Virus record (IMG/VR): IMGVR_UViG_3300037400_001691
Span: 1 to 64,000 of that record
Strand: one strand, 5' to 3'
From: a virus
Taxonomy: Duplodnaviria; Heunggongvirae; Uroviricota; Caudoviricetes
DNA: 64,000 bases
Position numbers and translations under genes: made by a program. Positions 45,511 through 55,433 of this stretch are shown piece by piece (position 1 is the stretch's first letter; each line of letters begins with the position of its first letter). The notes under the pieces were generated by a model, which saw only the letters and a list, made by a program, of their open reading frames with translations, was not told where the DNA came from and ran no database searches.

Positions 45511-45934
45511 GAAAATCCCAGGAATTACAAGTATGCCAATAAGGGTTTATGAACTTCTTAAACTCAAATTGACACCTGAGAATGAACTTGATGAAGATTT
45601 AGTTAAATATTCAAACATACTTGATGAAATTAAAAAGTCTAAATCTGGATGGATTAAGATTAAAAAAATTTCTGATAATGGTGGATATTTAACTAAAAAT
45701 GAATCAGAAAGTGGTTGGTTTGCAGTATTTGCAAAAGGAATGTCTTTATATATAGGAGATGGTTCACATTATTATTATACTTCTAATATTGTAGACATAG
45801 ATTGGGATAAAAAGTTATTTTTAACATTAAATTCTATTTATTCATTTGAAATAACAGAATATGATGCTAAAGATATGGTAGATGCTATCGACGAACTAAT
45901 CTCAAATAGAAATGTTAAACATCAAAATAATTAA
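45494..45934 (+). CDS. hypothetical protein (146 aa)
   Basis: ORF. Confidence 0.5.
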   Translation: MRNVNEKIPGITSMPIRVYELLKLKLTPENELDEDLVKYSNILDEIKKSKSGWIKIKKISDNGGYLTKNESESGWFAVFAKGMSLYIGDGSHYYYTSNIVDIDWDKKLFLTLNSIYSFEITEYDAKDMVDAIDELISNRNVKHQNN

Positions 45935-46163
45935 TAAATCTGAATACGAAGCTCCAAAATACGAAACAGAACAAAGTGCTGGAGTAGATCTTCGTGCTAA
46001 TATTGATAAAGAAATAATTCTTTATCCTATGGAAAGAAAATTAATTCCAACAGGAATTTTTATTGAACTTCCTAAAGGTTATGAAGCACAAATACGTCCT
46101 CGTAGTGGTCTTGCAGCAAAATATGGTATTACTGTTCTTAATTCTCCTGGCACTATAGACGCT
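45912..46163 (+). CDS. dut: dUTPase, exon 1
   Basis: Motifs [16 protein letters not shown] and NSPGTID(A). The in-frame read-through then leaves the dUTPase motif and hits a stop. Confidence 0.7.
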
Positions 46164-46385
46164 AGCCGAAATAATTGGCGTCTTTAAATCGGGCAATATC
46201 GGTGGAGGCTGTGATGTTAATACCGAGATAAATTCAGAGATTGCGCAAGGCTCTGAATCATCGTACAGCGTAGAGAGTGAATAAATATAATCTCTCCAAG
46301 AGTGTCCGACATTGAAAATGTACGCGGGACTTAAGTGAAAAAAAACTTAAGAAGTTAGGATAAAAAGCCTAATGATAACAAATCG
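46164..46385 (+). mobile_element. ORF-less small group I intron in dut (222 nt)
   Basis: Exon 1 ends in U and the intron ends in G. The joined exons give GTIDA-DYRGEI. The intron shares blocks (AATCGGGCAATATCGG, TCATCGTACAGCGTAG, TCCAAGAGTGTCCGA, GTACGCGGG, ATGATAACAA) with the helicase intron 3' region. Confidence 0.65.
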
Positions 46386-46571
46386 GATTATAGAGGAGAA
46401 ATTATGGTATTACTTATTAATCTTAATAATGAATATTTTTCAGTTAAACCAGGTATGCGTATAGCACAAATGATTATTGCACGTCATGAACAAGCTAATT
46501 TCTTAGATTTTGATGTTCTTAGTGAAACAGAACGTGGTGATGGAGGTTTTGGACATTCTGGTAATTTCTAA
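46386..46571 (+). CDS. dut: dUTPase, exon 2
   Basis: Translation [31 protein letters not shown]...[12 protein letters not shown] covers dUTPase motifs III-V. Confidence 0.7.
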   Translation, partial: DYRGEIMVLLINLNNEYFSVKPGMRIAQMIIARHEQANFLDFDVLSETERGDGGFGHSGNF

Positions 46572-47017
46572 TGAAAATATTTAAAAAATTATTATCTTAT
46601 ATTTCTTACGGAATCCGATATTTAAAAACATTCGGGTTTCGTAAGAAATTAAGATTCGTTTCTAGAGGCGAAAGACTTATTTATCATTATCTAAAAGATT
46701 GTGGTGATAATATTAAATTTAAACCTCAATATAAAATCTCAATACCTGAAGGAATTAATAAAACAAATCGTGCTTATATTGATTTTATGGTTTGGGTAGG
46801 AAATAAACGTTATGCTATTGAATATAATGGTATACAACATTATGAATTTATACCTTATTTTCATAGAACATATGACGATTTCTATTTTCAAACGAGAAGA
46901 GATTTAGCGGTAGAAAGTTATTGTTTTGATAAAGGAATAACTTTTGTAGAAATTCCTTATTATTGGTCTGATACACGAATAATTCATAAATTAAAAGAAA
47001 TAACACATGAAGCTTGA
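46571..47017 (+). CDS. hypothetical protein (148 aa)
   Basis: ORF. Confidence 0.5.
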   Translation: MKIFKKLLSYISYGIRYLKTFGFRKKLRFVSRGERLIYHYLKDCGDNIKFKPQYKISIPEGINKTNRAYIDFMVWVGNKRYAIEYNGIQHYEFIPYFHRTYDDFYFQTRRDLAVESYCFDKGITFVEIPYYWSDTRIIHKLKEITHEA

Positions 47018-47321
47018 AATTGTAAGAACAGTTAAAACTGTTTATGAAATTGACGAACATGAATTACAAGCATTCGCTAATACATGGGAAGACTGTTTTG
47101 ATCAATGTGAACTTACTACTATGGAAGAAGTAGTAGATGGTCATTTAGATTATATCAAAGAAGAATTTGAATGTTCAGTAGAAGGTTATGATAGTATATG
47201 TGGAGTTAATTCTCATATTCAAGTAAATGAAGAATATTCAATAGATGATGTAAAGATGTCTGAATCAGATGTTACAAAAGTAATTGCTAATAAAGTGAAA
47301 GATTATATTGATGAAAATTAA
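47007..47321 (+). CDS. hypothetical acidic protein (104 aa)
   Basis: ORF. Confidence 0.5.
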   Translation: MKLEIVRTVKTVYEIDEHELQAFANTWEDCFDQCELTTMEEVVDGHLDYIKEEFECSVEGYDSICGVNSHIQVNEEYSIDDVKMSESDVTKVIANKVKDYIDEN

Positions 47322-47333
47322 AATAATAATTAA

Positions 47334-47755
47334 ATGAATAAAACTCTCATTACTAAAGACGCAAAAGGTAAAATTCGTGTAGCTGAAATTAATTGTGAAC
47401 TTCTTGATTCTGGTATTTATCTTATAACAAGAGTAACTTATCAGTACGGAGGTAAAAGAACAAATCAACCTTCAATTGAAATTACAGAAGGAAAAGCTAA
47501 ACGAACAATTAAAGAACAAGCTGAATTAAAGTTTAATTCTTTAGTTAAAGAGAAATTAGATAAAGGATATAAGGAAATTGAAAATCCTGTTGATACTTAT
47601 ACTCATGAAGAACTCGAAAATATTGTTGGTCAAATTGTAACTGATGCTAATGGATTTGCTAAACATATGTTAGCAAAACAAGCTGATAAAGTTTCTGATA
47701 AAACAATAAATAAACTTGATTTCTGGTATGCTTCGAGAAAGATTGACGGTAGACT
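47334..47755 (+). CDS. ATP-dependent DNA ligase, exon 1 (through motif I KIDGRL)
   Basis: Contains ...FWYASRKIDGRL. The in-frame continuation runs into intron sequence. Confidence 0.65.
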
Positions 47756-48681
47756 TATGCCGTCGTTAAATTCGGCTAATTCAGGGAACCCTGAGACGGG
47801 AATCCTGAGCTAAATTGAATAGTAATATTCATAAATGCGCAGAGACTAGAAATTCGTCCTAAAATTTTTAGGATGTAATTTCCACGAACACCGAACTTTT
47901 TTCGATTCCATTTTGATAGTGTAAGAATTTTCATTATTTTTGTTTCATAGTATTAATTTAAAAAATTTTTATATGGAAACGAAAATTTGTAGAACTTGTA
48001 AAAAGGAAAAACCACTGTCTGAATTTAATAAAGACAGGAGACAAAAAGATGGATTTGCTACACAATGTAAAGAGTGTAAACACGCATATGATAAAGCTAG
48101 ATATGAAAGAATTAAAAATGATCCTGAATATCATACAAAAAAGCTTGAACATGGGGAAAAAATATAGGGAATCTCATAAAGAACAAATACAAGCTTATTC
48201 TGTAGAATATAATATGCGTCCAGAAGTTGTTCAAAGAAAAGCTGATTGGCATCAAAATAAAGTAGCTAATCAGTCTATAGAAGATAAGTTAAAAAGTATG
48301 GCACATAGAGCTCATGATAGAGCTAACTTAAAGAAAGTACCTTGTACAATTACCTGGAAGGATCTGGAATATGTAGAGTATTGTCCATTATTGGAGATAA
48401 AATTAAATTGGGGCAATACTACAAATGAGGGAGGAAGAAATATTGATACTCCATCTTTGGATAGAATAAATCCTGATTTAGGATACATTCCAGGAAATGT
48501 TAGGATAATTTCTAACTTAGCTAACATGATGAAAAGTTCTGCTACTTTAGAGCAACTTAAAACTTTTTACAAAAATATTTGGAATTATATGAAAAATGAA
48601 GATATAGTCCGAACTATAGAGAATAATGAATCTATAGAATCTGAGGATAAAGAGCCTCAGAGTTAACAAACTGGTAAGATG
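47756..48681 (+). mobile_element. group I intron in DNA ligase gene carrying frameshifted HNH endonuclease ORF
   Basis: Exon 1 ends in U and the intron ends in G. The joined exons give KIDGRL-SFYWKDGEIHTASRGGG, matching T4 ligase KYDGQRCFAHVDGGVVTMHSRNGN with no length change. Confidence 0.65.
47964..48666 (+). pseudogene. HNH homing endonuclease (intron-encoded) split by frameshift in an A6 run near 48150
   Basis: The N-terminal part METKICRTCKK...CKECKH (ORF 47940-48167) and the C-terminal part ...PSLDRINPDLGYIPGNVRIISNLAN (ORF 48049-48666) lie in different frames. The slip site is GGGGAAAAAATATAG. Confidence 0.55.
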
Positions 48682-49444
48682 TTCATTCTATTGGAAAGAT
48701 GGAGAAATTCATACAGCATCTCGTGGAGGTGGACATTATGATTATTCAACTTATCAATTAAGAACTAATCCAGAATTTATTGAGTTCTTTAAAAATAATC
48801 CAGACATTATACTTGATGGAGAACTTTACAAACATGGAAAATCCTTACAACAAATTTCGGGAGCAGCACGAATGGAGAAAACTGCTAATGGTTGTGACTG
48901 GCTCGAATATTATATATATGACGTCATGGAACCAAAACCTTTCTCTGAGCGACTTCAAACGCTCAATAGAATCAGCCTCGAACTCAATCTGGGATTTGAT
49001 CCAAACAGGGTCTGGTCCGATAACGATTTGCGCGTACAAATGGTGCCACAAGAAAAAGTTTCTGGTAAAGAGAATATTATCGCGCTCCATGATAAATATG
49101 TTGCGGAAGGTTGGGAAGGATGTGTCGTTCGAGATCCTAACGGATTATATAAAAATGGCGGACGTGGCTCTGAGATGATTAAGTTCAAAATGTATCAAGA
49201 TGCAGAGTTTGAAATCACAGGTATATCTGAAGGTCTTCGTGATGAAGATATGTGTTTTACATTAAAAACTGAAAATGGAATTGAATTTAAAGCTAAACCA
49301 ATGGGTTCCCGTGAACTCAAAGATCAGTATCGTCAAGATATTAATGAACTTATAGGTAAGATGGCTACTGTTAAATTCTTCTATTACAGTGATGATGGAA
49401 CACCATTACAACCTGTATTAAAAGCAATTAGAGACTATGAGTAA
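48682..49444 (+). CDS. ATP-dependent DNA ligase, exon 2
   Basis: Contains ...LDGELY..., WEGCVVRDPNGLYKNGGRGSEMIKFK (motifs IV-V) and a C-terminal OB-fold-like region. Confidence 0.65.
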
Positions 49445-49643
49445 ATATCAAGTTGAAGTACATCACATAATACATAGTTATGATTACTATGAAATAGAAG
49501 CAGAATCTCCAGAAGAAGCTTGTGATAGAGTAAATAAAGGTGATGGTGAATATATGTTTTCAAATACAGAACCAGATTGGAGAGACGATACAGAAACATA
49601 TGTTACAGGTGTTTTTAATGAAGAAGGAGATAGAATATTATGA
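49437..49643 (+). CDS. hypothetical protein (68 aa)
   Basis: ORF. Confidence 0.45.
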   Translation: MSKYQVEVHHIIHSYDYYEIEAESPEEACDRVNKGDGEYMFSNTEPDWRDDTETYVTGVFNEEGDRIL

Positions 49644-50032
49644 TTAATGTGGATGAATTTTTAAAGTCTTATAAAGAACATCTTTCTAATTTAAGAGAAA
49701 ATCTTAAAAAAGATGTCCAACAATTAATAGATGAAAAGAAAATAAATTATGAACAAGCTATTAGAATATTTGAAGATTCCAAACTATTTGAAATAAAAGG
49801 TCTTATAATATATAAAGGAATTTTTGATGTATATACTGATTATGCTGGTGATTGGGCTAATAGATGTGAAACAATTTATTTTTCACAAATTAGTGATTGG
49901 ATAAATGATGATTATGAAGGTTGTATAACAGAAATATGTGAGGAAAAAGGTGTTACTAAAGAAGATCTTCAAAAAGAAATATATGACACAATCATAAATG
50001 ATAATATTGTCGGATTTATATACGATTGGTAA
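49640..50032 (+). CDS. hypothetical protein (130 aa)
   Basis: ORF. Confidence 0.5.
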   Translation: MINVDEFLKSYKEHLSNLRENLKKDVQQLIDEKKINYEQAIRIFEDSKLFEIKGLIIYKGIFDVYTDYAGDWANRCETIYFSQISDWINDDYEGCITEICEEKGVTKEDLQKEIYDTIINDNIVGFIYDW

Positions 50033-50249
50033 AATTATGAAATATCAAATTTTATTTAATGCTACGGATAGAGTAACAAGTCTTATGACCGCTACAGTTG
50101 ATGCTGATTCTGTGAGAGAAGCAGAAAGCAAATTTTATTCTGGAGATTACTATAATGAAAGAATAATAAAAGAAGTAGATAGAGAATGGGAAGATGAAGA
50201 CGATCTTATTTCTATAACTGACTGTAGAGGTCGAACTGTTGAAATGTAA
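49998..50249 (+). CDS. hypothetical protein (83 aa)
   Basis: ORF. Confidence 0.45.
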   Translation: MIILSDLYTIGKIMKYQILFNATDRVTSLMTATVDADSVREAESKFYSGDYYNERIIKEVDREWEDEDDLISITDCRGRTVEM

Positions 50250-50251
50250 TT

Positions 50252-50533
50252 TTGTTTATGGAATTAAAAGAAATAAATGAAATTATAAATAAAGCTATTG
50301 AAACTTATGGTCAAGATCCTCAAATTTGGATGACTATAGAGGAAATGTCTGAATTAGGTAATGCTCTTGCTAAATATCGTAGAAATAGAGTAACTAAATC
50401 AGATATTTGTGAAGAAATAGCTGATGTTTTAATTATGTGTATCCAAATGTCTAAAATATTTGGAGAAGACCGTGTTAAACAAATGTTTGAAGACAAATTA
50501 ATAAGATTAAAAGAAAGACTTGGCTATGAATGA
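50252..50533 (+). CDS. mazG: MazG-like nucleoside triphosphate pyrophosphohydrolase
   Basis: The EEMSELGNAL...EEIADVLIMCIQ pattern is the all-alpha NTP-PPase fold. Confidence 0.65.
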   Translation: MFMELKEINEIINKAIETYGQDPQIWMTIEEMSELGNALAKYRRNRVTKSDICEEIADVLIMCIQMSKIFGEDRVKQMFEDKLIRLKERLGYE

Positions 50534-50825
50534 ATATTTATTTATAGTAGATGTTTATTACAATCATAATAAAATAGATGTTATAGATCGTTATGGAGTA
50601 TCATATAATTTAAATCCTAATACTCATTGGGCACTTGAAGATCAAATTCAAGATAAAATTTATAATAATGAGAGTTTGTGGGATGAATTATGTGATAATC
50701 TTAAAAGTCATTGGGATTTAGGTGAAGAACCTAAATATGATATAATAATGAGTGTAACATTAGTTAATCCTAATGATAATGAGATGATTGAAACTTATAA
50801 ATCATTAACAAAATTAGAACTATGA
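50520..50825 (+). CDS. hypothetical protein (101 aa)
   Basis: ORF. Confidence 0.5.
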   Translation: MAMNEYLFIVDVYYNHNKIDVIDRYGVSYNLNPNTHWALEDQIQDKIYNNESLWDELCDNLKSHWDLGEEPKYDIIMSVTLVNPNDNEMIETYKSLTKLEL

Positions 50826-51049
50826 AAAGTTTCCAAGTTGTTTACACAGAAGAAAGTGAATTAACACGTACCTTTGTTTATAGAGTACAAGCTGAATCTG
50901 CTGAGGAAGCAGAAGAAAAAGTAAGACACTCTGGATATCAAGACACTGATGATGTTGAATGTATTGACTCTTACGATGATGAAGCACTTCTTACTAGTTA
51001 TATAGATCCTGAATGTACTGAACTAATCGAGGAAGAAGACGAAGACTAA
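50822..51049 (+). CDS. hypothetical acidic protein (75 aa)
   Basis: ORF. Confidence 0.45.
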   Translation: MKSFQVVYTEESELTRTFVYRVQAESAEEAEEKVRHSGYQDTDDVECIDSYDDEALLTSYIDPECTELIEEEDED

Positions 51050-51969
51050 TGAAGTCTTTTAAGATCATTCAATCTATTACTAATAAGGATGATATATCCA
51101 TTAAAAATTATTTTAAAGATATAGCTAAAATTCCCTTATTAACGAAAGAAGAAGAAATTAAATTAGGAACTATTATTCAAACTAAATATAAAGAACTTGA
51201 GTCAGAAAATTTAACATTAGAAGAAAAGAAATCTATTGAAAATGAAATTAATAAAGCTGTTAATAAACTTGTTTCTTCTAATTTAAAATTCGTCATTTCT
51301 GTAGCAAAACAATATCGTAATCAAGGACTTCCATTTATTGATTTAGTAAATGAAGGTAATCTTGGTATGATACAAGCTGCTAAAAAATATGATCCTGAGA
51401 GAGGATTTAAATTTATAAGTTATGCTGTATGGTGGATTAGGCAATCTATCATACAAGCTTTAGCTCTTAAAAGTAAAACAATCAAAACTCCTGTAAATCA
51501 ATCTGCTTCATTAACAAGACTTAACAATGTCTCTGCTAAATATGAACAGTTAAATGGATTTAAACCATCTTATGATGAATTATCCAAACTTACAGGAATC
51601 CCTGTTGATAAAATAAGTAAAATTTATAGTTATAATTCTACTTGTGTATCAGTAGATACACCTTTTACAACAGAGGAAGATTCTGGTTGTTTACTTGATG
51701 TAGTCAAAAATCCTAATTGTGATGATTCGGATAAAGACTTAATGGATTCTTCTTTAAAACAAGATATTGAAAGAGTTTTGAATAAACTTACTCCAAGACA
51801 AAGAGTAATACTACAAATGTTTTTTGGTATAGGCTGTGACGCAATGCAATTAGATCAGATAGCACCAAAGTTTGGAGTAACGTCAGAACGTATAAGACAG
51901 ATTAAAGATGGTGCAATAAAAGAGATTATTACTAAATATAAATCAACTTTAAAAACTTATATAATATGA
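51049..51969 (+). CDS. sigma-70 family RNA polymerase sigma factor
   Basis: The region-2 block LVSSNLKFVISVAKQYRNQGLPFIDLVNEGNLGMIQAAKKYDPERGFKFISYAVWWIRQSI matches RpoD [41 protein letters not shown]...YATWWIRQAI. The C-terminus is region-4-like. Confidence 0.75.
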   Translation: MKSFKIIQSITNKDDISIKNYFKDIAKIPLLTKEEEIKLGTIIQTKYKELESENLTLEEKKSIENEINKAVNKLVSSNLKFVISVAKQYRNQGLPFIDLVNEGNLGMIQAAKKYDPERGFKFISYAVWWIRQSIIQALALKSKTIKTPVNQSASLTRLNNVSAKYEQLNGFKPSYDELSKLTGIPVDKISKIYSYNSTCVSVDTPFTTEEDSGCLLDVVKNPNCDDSDKDLMDSSLKQDIERVLNKLTPRQRVILQMFFGIGCDAMQLDQIAPKFGVTSERIRQIKDGAIKEIITKYKSTLKTYII

Positions 51970-52232
51970 CGGACAATGTAAATCACCCAGCTCATTATAC
52001 TTCACATCCATCTGGAATTGAATGTATTGAAGTCGTAAGACATTATTGTTTTTCAATAGGTAACGCTATAAAATATTTATGGAGAGCTGGTTTGAAGAAA
52101 GAACAAGGAATTGATGAAATTGATAAAGAGATTGAAGATCTTAAAAAAGCAATTTGGTATATTAATGACAGAATACATCAATTGGAAATGTCTCGTAAAC
52201 CAAAAACTAATATTGACGAACTTGACGACTAA
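51966..52232 (+). CDS. hypothetical protein (88 aa)
   Basis: ORF. Confidence 0.5.
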   Translation: MTDNVNHPAHYTSHPSGIECIEVVRHYCFSIGNAIKYLWRAGLKKEQGIDEIDKEIEDLKKAIWYINDRIHQLEMSRKPKTNIDELDD

Positions 52233-52726
52233 TGATATTAGAAGTATACGATTTAGAGTGTTTAATTAATATATTTACTTATACAGGATATTGTCCTAAA
52301 ACAAATACTTGGCATCAATTTGTAATTTGTGGTTGGAGAAATGATTATGATGCTTTAATGGAGCACCTTAAAAGAGATCAAATTATCCAAGTTGGATTTA
52401 ATAACGAGAGTTATGATTATCCATTGTTACATCACATTATAAGACATTATGACGAATACAAGAAACTAAGTGGAAGCATGGCTGCCCAAAAAATATATGC
52501 CAAATCACAAGAAATAATTGAACAGCAATTTAGTACTATTGCTGATAAAAATAAATTTATTAGACAAATTGATTTATATCGTATATGGCATTATAATAAT
52601 GATGCACGAAGAACTAGTTTAAAAGACCTCGAAATATGCATGAGAATGGAGAATGTCGAGGAAATGCCAATACACCATTCCACTTGGTGTAAGCAAGGTG
52701 ACGAAATACAAGTACTTGCGTATTGA
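52232..52726 (+). CDS. family-B DNA polymerase, N-terminal 3'-5' exonuclease portion (before intron)
   Basis: Exo I motif LEVYDLEC and Exo II motif GFNNESYDYPLL. The reading frame runs into a stop where intron-like sequence begins, so the exact exon end is uncertain. Confidence 0.55.
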   Translation: MILEVYDLECLINIFTYTGYCPKTNTWHQFVICGWRNDYDALMEHLKRDQIIQVGFNNESYDYPLLHHIIRHYDEYKKLSGSMAAQKIYAKSQEIIEQQFSTIADKNKFIRQIDLYRIWHYNNDARRTSLKDLEICMRMENVEEMPIHHSTWCKQGDEIQVLAY

Positions 52727-52989
52727 AATTATGCGCCATAGTTTTACAACTATGAAAATTGGGTGAATTGCTGGAAGACTAAGTTGTAAAATAAAAATAT
52801 TGATTTTATAATATGTTAATCAGCAGCCAAGTCTTTAGTATACTAAAGAAAGGTTCACAGACTACCTGAGCAGTACAATCTGCTTAATGACAGGGGAATT
52901 ATTAAAAATTCTTAAAAAAGCGCCCAATAATTTTGTTTATCTAAAAATAAATTATATATTAACATCGTTATATAAAAATTTAACGATGT

Positions 52990-53985
52990 ATGAGTAAATA
53001 TAATTTAAACAAAGAACAAATTTATGATTGGTATATTAATCAAAATTTGAATCAAGACGAAATTTGTGAAAAATTAGGCGGAATACCTAAAATTACGTTA
53101 CAGAGATTTTTAAGAAAAAATGAGATAAAGAAAATAGATAGAGTAAATTATGATTTATTAGTTCCTGAAATAAGATCAAGATTAGATTTAGGAATGATAC
53201 ATAAAGAAATTGCTGAAGATTTAGGTTTAACTATTGATAAAGTTAGAAAAATAATTTATCAAAAAATAAATCCTAATGATAATCCAAAGTATTCAAATAA
53301 ATTATTAGACGATTCGTGGATTAACGAAAATAATTTAATTTTTTGGTATATAGTTGGATTAATAAGTTCAGACGGTCATATTGATAAAAATAATTGTATT
53401 AATATATTTCAATCTAATTTTGAATATTTAAAAATGATCCAAAAAATAATAAATCATCCTGGAAAATTATACAAAAAAGAAGATTCTGATTGTTATACAC
53501 TAATTATTAATAGTGAAAAATTATATAAAATATTATCTGAAAAATATAATATTAATTGTGATAAAAGATATTCAGTTCCTTTTATAAATCCTCCTAAAGA
53601 ATTAATTAATCATTATATAAGAGGAATATTTGATGGAGATGGATGTTTATATTATAGATATATTTCAGGGATATTTGAAGGAAAACGTTGGCAAATAACT
53701 ACAGGATCTAAATTTATGGCAGAAGGTTTAAAAGAATGTATTAAAAAAGAATTGAATATAGATCTAACAATACATTGTAAAAAATCTATTGCTGATAATA
53801 ATTATTATGATATAATATGTAATGATACTGAATCATTATTAAAATTATGTCAATATATGTATAATAATTCAAATAAACTTTATTTAAATAGAAAATTTAA
53901 AAGCTATATTAAACTTAAAAATCTTATTAAATTAGATAAACAAATTAATGATATAGTCGATGCTTCTATGAAAATAGAAGAATAA
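52990..53985 (+). CDS. LAGLIDADG homing endonuclease (within polymerase-gene insertion)
   Basis: Two LAGLIDADG motifs: IVGLISSDGHI and RGIFDGDGCL. Confidence 0.75.
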   Translation: MSKYNLNKEQIYDWYINQNLNQDEICEKLGGIPKITLQRFLRKNEIKKIDRVNYDLLVPEIRSRLDLGMIHKEIAEDLGLTIDKVRKIIYQKINPNDNPKYSNKLLDDSWINENNLIFWYIVGLISSDGHIDKNNCINIFQSNFEYLKMIQKIINHPGKLYKKEDSDCYTLIINSEKLYKILSEKYNINCDKRYSVPFINPPKELINHYIRGIFDGDGCLYYRYISGIFEGKRWQITTGSKFMAEGLKECIKKELNIDLTIHCKKSIADNNYYDIICNDTESLLKLCQYMYNNSNKLYLNRKFKSYIKLKNLIKLDKQINDIVDASMKIEE

Positions 53986-54123
53986 CATGATAATAAAAAT
54001 GATGTTTGGGCAACTTATTTATTTTTAAGAACAACACTCGGTAAAACTGACTATTCAATTTATAAAGGAAAGAATAAAATTAAACTGAGAGAAAATCTTG
54101 GTAAGAAATTTCATGTTAATGTA

Positions 54124-55431
54124 ATGAATATGGGTGATGTTCCTATGGGAGAAGAGTTAATGCTTAACTTATATTCTCGAAAAGTAGGAATACCTCCCTA
54201 CGTTCTTAAGAAACGTGGAGGAACTCATAGACCAAATGGAATAAATTTAAAAGATTGTATTCCATATTGGTGTAAAATTGAATCTAAAGAATTTAATACT
54301 TTCCTTGATAAACTTAAAACTATGAAAATTACAGGAGCTAAAGGAGAATTTCAATATTCTGTAATATTTCATAATTATAAGTTTGATTTTGGATTAGGAG
54401 GTTCACATGGATGTTGTAACCCTAAAATATGGGAATCTAACGAAAATTGGGTAATCGTAGACTATGATATCGGGTCGCTATACCCCAGTATAAGTAAATC
54501 TCTTAAACTATATCCAGAACACCTTGGTCCTGTATTCAATGAACAATATATAGGTTTCATTGATACTCGATTAAATGAAAAACACAAACCAAAAGAACTT
54601 CGTGATAACGTCCTTATTGAAGGATATAAACTTATTCTTAATGGAACGTATGGTAAAAGTAAGGAGGAAACATCTTTCTTATATGATCCACTTTATACTT
54701 TCAAAACTACAGTAGCAGGACAATTATTTATTTGTATGTGGGCTGAACGTTGGGTTAAAGTATGTCCAGAATTAAAGTTTATCCAAACTAACACTGATGG
54801 TCAAACTATTTATATTCCACGTAAAGATATAGATAAGATACGTGCTGTTAATGAACAATTAACAAAAGAAACAGGTCTTACTATTGAAGAAGTTATCTAT
54901 AAAAAGATGATAGTGCGTGATGTAAATAACTACCTCGCAGTTTATGAGGATAACGAAAAAGAACACGAACACATTAAGCTAAAAGGTGATTATGAAGTAG
55001 ATAAGGAATATCATAAAGATCCATCTATGAGAATAGTTCCATTAGCTGTTAAAAATTATTTTGTATATGGAGTTCCTGTAGAAGAAACCATTCGAAATCA
55101 TACAGATATATTTGATTTTTGTATGAGATTGAAAACTAATTCCAAAAGTACACCTTATTTTAGACACTTCGATGATAATTATAATGTTGTAAATGATAAA
55201 CTCGATAGAACAACACGATATTATATTTCTAATAGAGGTGGAAACTTATATAAGGACTTTAATGGAAAACAAGTAGGTGTAAATATAGGATTTTCAGTTA
55301 CATTATTTAACAAATATGTTAAAAAAGATATGAAAGACTATGATATTAATTATAGATTTTATATCATTGAAGCTAAAAAGTTAATAACTTCAATAGAAAC
55401 AAAACAATTATCATTATTTGATTTATTTTAA
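54124..55431 (+). CDS. family-B DNA polymerase, C-terminal polymerase portion (the ORF is open upstream to about 53986, so the true exon start is upstream of the ATG)
   Basis: Motif A DYDIGSLYPSI, motif B KLILNGTYGKS and a motif-C-like IQTNTDGQTIY. The protein is compact, of phi29-like size. Confidence 0.6.
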   Translation: MNMGDVPMGEELMLNLYSRKVGIPPYVLKKRGGTHRPNGINLKDCIPYWCKIESKEFNTFLDKLKTMKITGAKGEFQYSVIFHNYKFDFGLGGSHGCCNPKIWESNENWVIVDYDIGSLYPSISKSLKLYPEHLGPVFNEQYIGFIDTRLNEKHKPKELRDNVLIEGYKLILNGTYGKSKEETSFLYDPLYTFKTTVAGQLFICMWAERWVKVCPELKFIQTNTDGQTIYIPRKDIDKIRAVNEQLTKETGLTIEEVIYKKMIVRDVNNYLAVYEDNEKEHEHIKLKGDYEVDKEYHKDPSMRIVPLAVKNYFVYGVPVEETIRNHTDIFDFCMRLKTNSKSTPYFRHFDDNYNVVNDKLDRTTRYYISNRGGNLYKDFNGKQVGVNIGFSVTLFNKYVKKDMKDYDINYRFYIIEAKKLITSIETKQLSLFDLF

Positions 55432-55433
55432 AT

